A stretch of DNA of 64,000 nt from Candidatus Bathyarchaeota archaeon (lineage in GTDB: Archaea > Thermoproteota > CALKCG01 > B24 > DRYS01). Below are positions 59,227 through 64,000 of this stretch, piece by piece (within the stretch, counting starts at the first letter, position 1; each line of letters starts with the position of its first letter). The DNA is taken from positions 71,152 to 135,151 of the forward strand of contig JAGTQC010000002.1 in assembly GCA_018396535.1 (NCBI GenBank), in the 5' to 3' direction. Made by a program: the position numbers and the translations under genes. The notes below the pieces were generated by a model. That model did no database searches and had not been told where the DNA came from. It saw nothing but the letters and a program-made list of their open reading frames with translations.

Positions 59227-59997
59227 TTGAAGATCATGGTATGTGGTAAGGGTGGAACTGGGAAGACTATTGTATCTATCCTGCTAGCCAGGGTTCTATC
59301 TGAGAAGTATAGGGTGTACATAGTGGATTCAGATGAATCTAACATACTCTTACCTAGGCTTCTAGGTGTAAAACCACCGAAACCTCTAATAGAGTATATA
59401 GGCGGTAAGAGGGATGAAGCAGAATTGGAATCTAGGGAGCTCGATATAGCTTCCATGCTATCCAGAGCTGGGCTTGGTATAAGGCTTAGAGCACTACCAG
59501 ATGAGTATATATCGTATTCTAGAGATGGGATAGGGTTAACGTGTATAGGTAAGGTTAGAGAGTATGGCGAAGGATGTGCATGCCCATTCAATATTCTTAC
59601 AAGGATACTACTTAAAAACCTAGTATTGGATGCTGATGAAAGGGTTGTAGTTGATACTGATGCTGGGATCGAACATATAGGTAGAAGGGTGGAGGAAGCT
59701 GTAGATGGGGTTATAGCTCTCATAGATCCGACAGCTGAATCTATAGAGACAGCTTCTCTACTCAAGGATGTAAGCTTAAGCTTAGGTAAGAAATTCTGGG
59801 TTATAGCTAATAAGATCGATAGAAAGGTGAGGGATATACTGATAGATAAAGCTAGAGGGATGGGGCTAAGTATAGATGGATTCATAAGCTTCGATGAGAA
59901 AATTATCGAATCATGCCTACTAGGAGAGGAGCTTAGATCGAGTAACGCTCTAGAAGATGTTAGAAGTATAGCATACACTCTTAAGATTATCGAGTAG
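59227..59997 (+). CDS. MinD/ParA-superfamily P-loop ATPase, CooC-like (Ni-enzyme maturation-type)
   Basis: Deviant Walker A 'KIMVCGKGGTGKT' at the N-terminus, Walker B 'VVVDTDAGIEH'. 256 aa. 'CxC' ('GEGCACPF') as in CooC/metallochaperone ATPases. Confidence 0.65.
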   Translation: MKIMVCGKGGTGKTIVSILLARVLSEKYRVYIVDSDESNILLPRLLGVKPPKPLIEYIGGKRDEAELESRELDIASMLSRAGLGIRLRALPDEYISYSRDGIGLTCIGKVREYGEGCACPFNILTRILLKNLVLDADERVVVDTDAGIEHIGRRVEEAVDGVIALIDPTAESIETASLLKDVSLSLGKKFWVIANKIDRKVRDILIDKARGMGLSIDGFISFDEKIIESCLLGEELRSSNALEDVRSIAYTLKIIE

Positions 59998-60122
59998 ATT
60001 TAGAGGAGGCGTAGATCCTATATAACACTTATTAAGAATAAGATCTAGAACATATACTATTATATCAAGCGTAACCTTTATCAACTTGTTCAGATGTAAT
60101 CCTTATAGCGAAGCCGTCTCTT

Positions 60123-60782
60123 ATGTTCTCAATAAAAATAGTTCTGATATTAGCGATACTACAAATCCTATCCTCCACGTATACGATGATATACGATAAT
60201 TTAGTCGAAGAGGGTATTGAACCTATACCTCTACCCTATACATGGAGTTCAGGTATAACTTGCTACTATCTAGATCTAGATCCGTTATCCGATGGCTATC
60301 AGCAATCTATCATAGTAGAAGCTGGTAGCCTAATAGTAGCGGAAATAAAGTTTCAACGCTGGAGTATATACGGTCCAGATAGAGTAAATCAGTTATTCCT
60401 ACTATATTCATGGTCTAGGAACTGGAATCCGCCGACACATTATCTACCACTATGGTTTGGTATATCGGGCGAATATCCAGGTATAGTGAAGGTTTGGAGG
60501 TATACATTCAAAGCACCGAGTGAGCCTGGAGTATACTATATATGGATTAGAGGGGATTACACGACAGGTATGGAGGAGGCTGTAGCTAATATATGGCGTA
60601 TGTATCGTGGACCTCCACCATACGATGATGATGGAGGAGGTATAATCGGTAAGGTAATCGTAACGAGTAGGAGAGATAGAGTAGTATCCTCGAATATTAT
60701 AGCTATACCGATACTAATAGCGTTGATGGGGTTGATAATCGCATCGATTATATCCAGATCTTTGAAAAAGATGAAGGGTTAG
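60123..60782 (+). CDS. Exported protein with N-terminal signal and C-terminal TM anchor
   Basis: 219 aa with an N-terminal hydrophobic stretch and a C-terminal 'IIAIPILIALMGLIIASIIS' anchor. No motif. Confidence 0.35.
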   Translation: MFSIKIVLILAILQILSSTYTMIYDNLVEEGIEPIPLPYTWSSGITCYYLDLDPLSDGYQQSIIVEAGSLIVAEIKFQRWSIYGPDRVNQLFLLYSWSRNWNPPTHYLPLWFGISGEYPGIVKVWRYTFKAPSEPGVYYIWIRGDYTTGMEEAVANIWRMYRGPPPYDDDGGGIIGKVIVTSRRDRVVSSNIIAIPILIALMGLIIASIISRSLKKMKG

Positions 60783-60874
60783 AATATGTTATCGTAGGGA
60801 GTCATAGAGATAGATGGTCGATGATGCTAGGAAGATTAATTAAAGCGTGATAACACATTAAATTAATTAGGCTT

Positions 60875-61537
60875 ATGTCTTATTTATGGGTTGGAAAACC
60901 ATTCGTTAAAAAGACCTTAGTTAAATTCGCTATAGTCTTTACGATCATCCTAATACTCTCAATACTTGTACATTTATTGCTAGCTTTATCATGGCTTATA
61001 CTAGCATCTATAATCTTCATAGTATACTACTACAATAAGAGAGCGTACACGTACTATGTAACTGATAGATCTATCAGGATAGAGAAGTCATGGGTATTCG
61101 GGAACTACATCAGAGAACTTACATTTGATCAGATAAGAGATGTACATATAATGCAGGGGATACTCGCTAGAGCTATGAGATGCGGATCCCTAGCCTTCGT
61201 AACAACAGCTGGTTTAGAAGTAGGACATATAGGAGCTGGGGTAGGTAGAGGCGTGGTAATCGGGGGTACAGCTCCAAGGATTATAGCATGGAGGGGGGGA
61301 AGATTCTGGGATATACCGGAGCCGCAGAAGGTACGCGATATACTGATTGGGAAGATAACTGAGTGGCGTGAAGTAGCTCAGCAACAGAGAATGGCTGCTT
61401 CACTCGAAAGGATAGCTGAAACAAGACCACGTAGCGGGAATCTTCTAGATGAATTAGAAAGACTTAAACGACTCCTAGATGAAGGGGTTATAACCAAAGA
61501 GGAGTTCGAGAAAGCAAAGAAGAAACTATTAGAATAG
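60875..61537 (+). CDS. Membrane protein with bacterial-PH (YdbT-like) domain and C-terminal SHOCT domain
   Basis: N-terminal two TM helices, a central PH-like region, and a C-terminal 'LLDELERLKRLLDEGVITKEEFEKAKKKLL' typical SHOCT motif. Confidence 0.5.
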   Translation: MSYLWVGKPFVKKTLVKFAIVFTIILILSILVHLLLALSWLILASIIFIVYYYNKRAYTYYVTDRSIRIEKSWVFGNYIRELTFDQIRDVHIMQGILARAMRCGSLAFVTTAGLEVGHIGAGVGRGVVIGGTAPRIIAWRGGRFWDIPEPQKVRDILIGKITEWREVAQQQRMAASLERIAETRPRSGNLLDELERLKRLLDEGVITKEEFEKAKKKLLE

Positions 61538-61634
61538 TAAAAGATTAAAAAGTAGAATACATATACTACATATAACCAATCATAGAATATCGATAAAAGA
61601 GAAAAAAGAAAAGTATAGAGGTATAAGGGTAAAG

Positions 61635-62147
61635 CTACATTACAGCTAGCGTCGTCGATAGGTTATATAGGAATGCGAATAGAACAGTTATCCCTGTAGA
61701 TCCTGCAACCATACCTATAGCGAAGGGCATAGCTACATCCTCATATATCTTTGCTCCTCCAATCCTAAGGATTACAAGTTTAGCTACATATGCAACTACA
61801 GTTGGGATTAATATTATGTTAGGTACGAAATCGAAAGCGCCTATAACTACGCCTCCAGGATTCACCGGGAACCATGGGAATTTAGCATGTAACGCATATA
61901 TAGTAGATATTATCGCTGCTCCGATGATAAATTGTACCCAGTGCAACGGCTCTGGATGATGGCCTAACCCACTACGCCAGTAAACCCCGACCTCAGCTAC
62001 ACAGGCATATGTCGGGCCCCTCTGTAGATAATTGTTGGGTACTCCTGTATAGTTGAATGCAGCTAGGTTTAAGGCTCCAAAGCTACACCACATCTGAAGC
62101 AGCGCGAATAACGATACAACTACACCTAGAATCACAGCTATAACCAT
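61635..62147 (-). CDS. Small polytopic membrane protein
   Basis: 170 aa, four or five hydrophobic helices. No motif. Confidence 0.35.
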   Translation of the reverse strand: MVIAVILGVVVSLFALLQMWCSFGALNLAAFNYTGVPNNYLQRGPTYACVAEVGVYWRSGLGHHPEPLHWVQFIIGAAIISTIYALHAKFPWFPVNPGGVVIGAFDFVPNIILIPTVVAYVAKLVILRIGGAKIYEDVAMPFAIGMVAGSTGITVLFAFLYNLSTTLAVM

Positions 62148-62260
62148 ACCTACAAATATATGGCGTGAATCTCTGAAGAACCTTCCACCTGAAAGGATAT
62201 TAGAAGAACATATATGTGTGGTGCGTGAGCTTTTAGCTAGGCTGTTAAGGTGATGTAGGT

Positions 62261-63271
62261 ATGGGTTTGGGTAAGCCTGTTAGGTTTGGTATATTGGGTT
62301 TAGGTGTCGGTTATAGGAAGGCTAAGCAGTGTGTAGGATCTAGAGGAGCGGTTTTAGCCGCTGTCTGCGATCTACAGGAGGAGAGGGCTAGGAGGGTTGC
62401 TGAAGAGCTTGGCTGCCGCTGGTATACAGATTACGATGATATGCTTGATAGTGGTGATGTAGATTGTATAGGTGTCTTCACTCCTAGCGGTATGCATATG
62501 GATCATGCTTTGAAAGCTATAGAGAGAGGGCTACACGTATTCGTAACTAAGCCTATGGATATAGATGTAGAGAAGTGTCGCCTAGCTATAAGGGAAGCTG
62601 AGAAAGCTAACGTAGTTCTCGCAGTCGATTTCGAACTTAGATACCAAGATCTAAACCAGAAGATATTCTATGCGATACAGAAAGGTTTGATAGGTAGGGT
62701 TTTCCTAATCGATGTTTTGATGAAGTAGTTTAGGGATGAAGCATACTATAAGGGTGGATACCCCCCTGCATGGAGGAGTAGTAGACGTTATGAAGGGGGA
62801 TCTGCAGCTAACCAAGGCGTACACTACATAGATCTGGTTCAATGGTGGATGGGTGGGGTGGAATCTGTACAGGGGTTAGCCGGAACGTTTACCCACGATA
62901 TAGAGACTGAAGATTGCAGCGTAGCTATTATGAGATTTAGGAACGGGGCATTCGGAACACTTACAACCACCACCTCGAGTATACCAGATCTAGGAACGAG
63001 AATAGAGGTTAATAGCGATAGGGGATCTATGATATGGAGGGATGGGAAGATAGACTTCTTCCACTTGAAGGATGGAGATATATCTATACTAGACTCTATA
63101 ACCCTGCCGAGTGATAGACCTATGAATATATTCGAGGATATGGCTAAAGCTATCCGTGAAGGTAGGAAGCCTATAGTAGATGGAAGAGAGGGGTTGAAGA
63201 GCGTTGCCATATTCAATGCGATATACGAATCATCTAAGATAGGGAGAGCTATAAGGGTAGAGGATGTATAG
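62261..63271 (+). pseudogene. Gfo/Idh/MocA-family oxidoreductase interrupted by a single in-frame TAG (62729-62731)
   Basis: ORFs 62261..62728 and 62849..63271 are in the same frame. The intervening 120 nt also translate cleanly in that frame ('FRDEAYYKGGYPPAWRSSRRYEGGSAANQGVHYIDLVQWW'). The N-terminus has the Rossmann 'VRFGILGLGVGYRKA' and 'TKPMD' motifs. The C-terminal part has the family's alpha/beta dimerisation domain. Confidence 0.6.
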
Positions 63272-63518
63272 ATTGAACAGCATAGGGTTATCATAGCTAG
63301 TAGAGTAGAAGCATTTAATATCTTAGACTGATTCTCTATTAAAGATAAAAGATCTAACTTATAACCTCCTAGATCTTCAAAGGATTACTACACCGATAGA
63401 TACTCTGCCCATTATATTCAAATCGACATAACCACCTTTCCTTCTATCCCTACACACAATATCCTCGAAAACATTATACTTAACCTCAATTATTCTAACA
63501 GCTACAAAATATATTCAA

Positions 63519-63893
63519 TTAACTGAAATAAGTGTAGAGATCTAGGGCCTCGCAGCCATGCTCCAAAGTCCTCTTCATGACTAAGTCGCCCATCTTGAAT
63601 ATGAAGACATCGCATATGTAGAGAGTTTCGACACGAGACGGCCCCCAACGACTGGGGACTGGCTCAACCCACCTAAGAACTGGTTCATAAGGATCATAGG
63701 TCTGCCTCTTGGAGAACACATATTGAAGGTTACTTGTAAGGATCTGAAATTCGGAATGTATACCCATAGATGTACTTGGCGCCCCCTTCCCGTAAACGAC
63801 TACATAAAGCCCCATAGTCCTCAAAGACTCTAGGATTAAGATTCCGGCATCATTTCTCACATCAATGAGCGTTCTCCTAGAGAGACATCTCAT
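63519..63893 (-). CDS. Hypothetical ORF in compositionally atypical DNA
   Basis: 124-aa ORF. The surrounding 63300-64000 has visibly different base composition, G-poor on the plus strand in 63400-63520, from the rest of the window. No motif. Confidence 0.2.
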   Translation of the reverse strand: MRCLSRRTLIDVRNDAGILILESLRTMGLYVVVYGKGAPSTSMGIHSEFQILTSNLQYVFSKRQTYDPYEPVLRWVEPVPSRWGPSRVETLYICDVFIFKMGDLVMKRTLEHGCEALDLYTYFS

Positions 63894-64000
63894 AGAAACA
63901 ATTGGTTTATGATTGGTAAAGACTTCTCTTCCACAATGTCCTTAAAAATTCTTATCGCAGTTTCATGATTCAAGCCCCTTCTTAAAACTTTTCCATAATA

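Noticed and set aside
62729-62731. TAG as pyrrolysine or programmed readthrough codon
   Set aside because: No pylTSBCD-like genes visible and the lineage signals are crenarchaeal. A nonsense mutation or sequencing error is the economical explanation.
1-64000. CRISPR array / cas genes
   Set aside because: Searched by eye for regularly spaced direct repeats of 24-37 nt in the longer intergenic regions (1-383, 1717-2064, 24726-24985, 43144-43641, 63300-63520). None found. No Cas motifs among the ORFs.

Overview
The window is a gene-dense stretch of archaeal chromosome with a moderate-GC, AT-rich intergenic style. The features look crenarchaeal and Thermoproteales-like: a tRNA with two introns, the ribosomal proteins S15P/S13e, S3Ae and L37e, Hjc, PibD, a DGGGP synthase and an archaemetzincin. 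Most of the window is ordinary housekeeping: GMP synthase subunit B, RNase HII, MtaD-type deaminase, PEP synthase, MoaA, agmatinase, ITPase, a RecJ/Cdc45-like DHH nuclease, a beta-CASP RNase and a LeuA-family synthase. There are also two transport and sugar modules: an ECF-type ABC transporter, and a glycoside-hydrolase cluster (GH29, GH31 and two GH4 enzymes) with sugar isomerases. Two regions deserve more attention. The first is a compact operon (about 7.66-10.86 kb) encoding a hinge-less SMC-like ABC ATPase followed by a kleisin-sized and a kite-like (tandem winged-helix) protein. This may be an undescribed SMC-like module, either for chromosome organisation or defence. It lies directly upstream of a 1281-aa anchored S8 protease. 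The second is an orphan [NiFe]-hydrogenase large subunit (35.67-36.96 kb) with no small subunit nearby. It is flanked by a PAPS-reductase/ferredoxin fusion protein and MoaA, and an MvhD-like/ferredoxin/Fe-S-domain trio sits at the window start. Smaller observations are an intron-containing tRNA(CAT) followed by a tandem copy of its 3' end, an in-frame TAG that splits a Gfo/Idh/MocA oxidoreductase, and a compositionally odd 0.7 kb at the window end. No CRISPR array, rRNA or clear intact transposase was seen.
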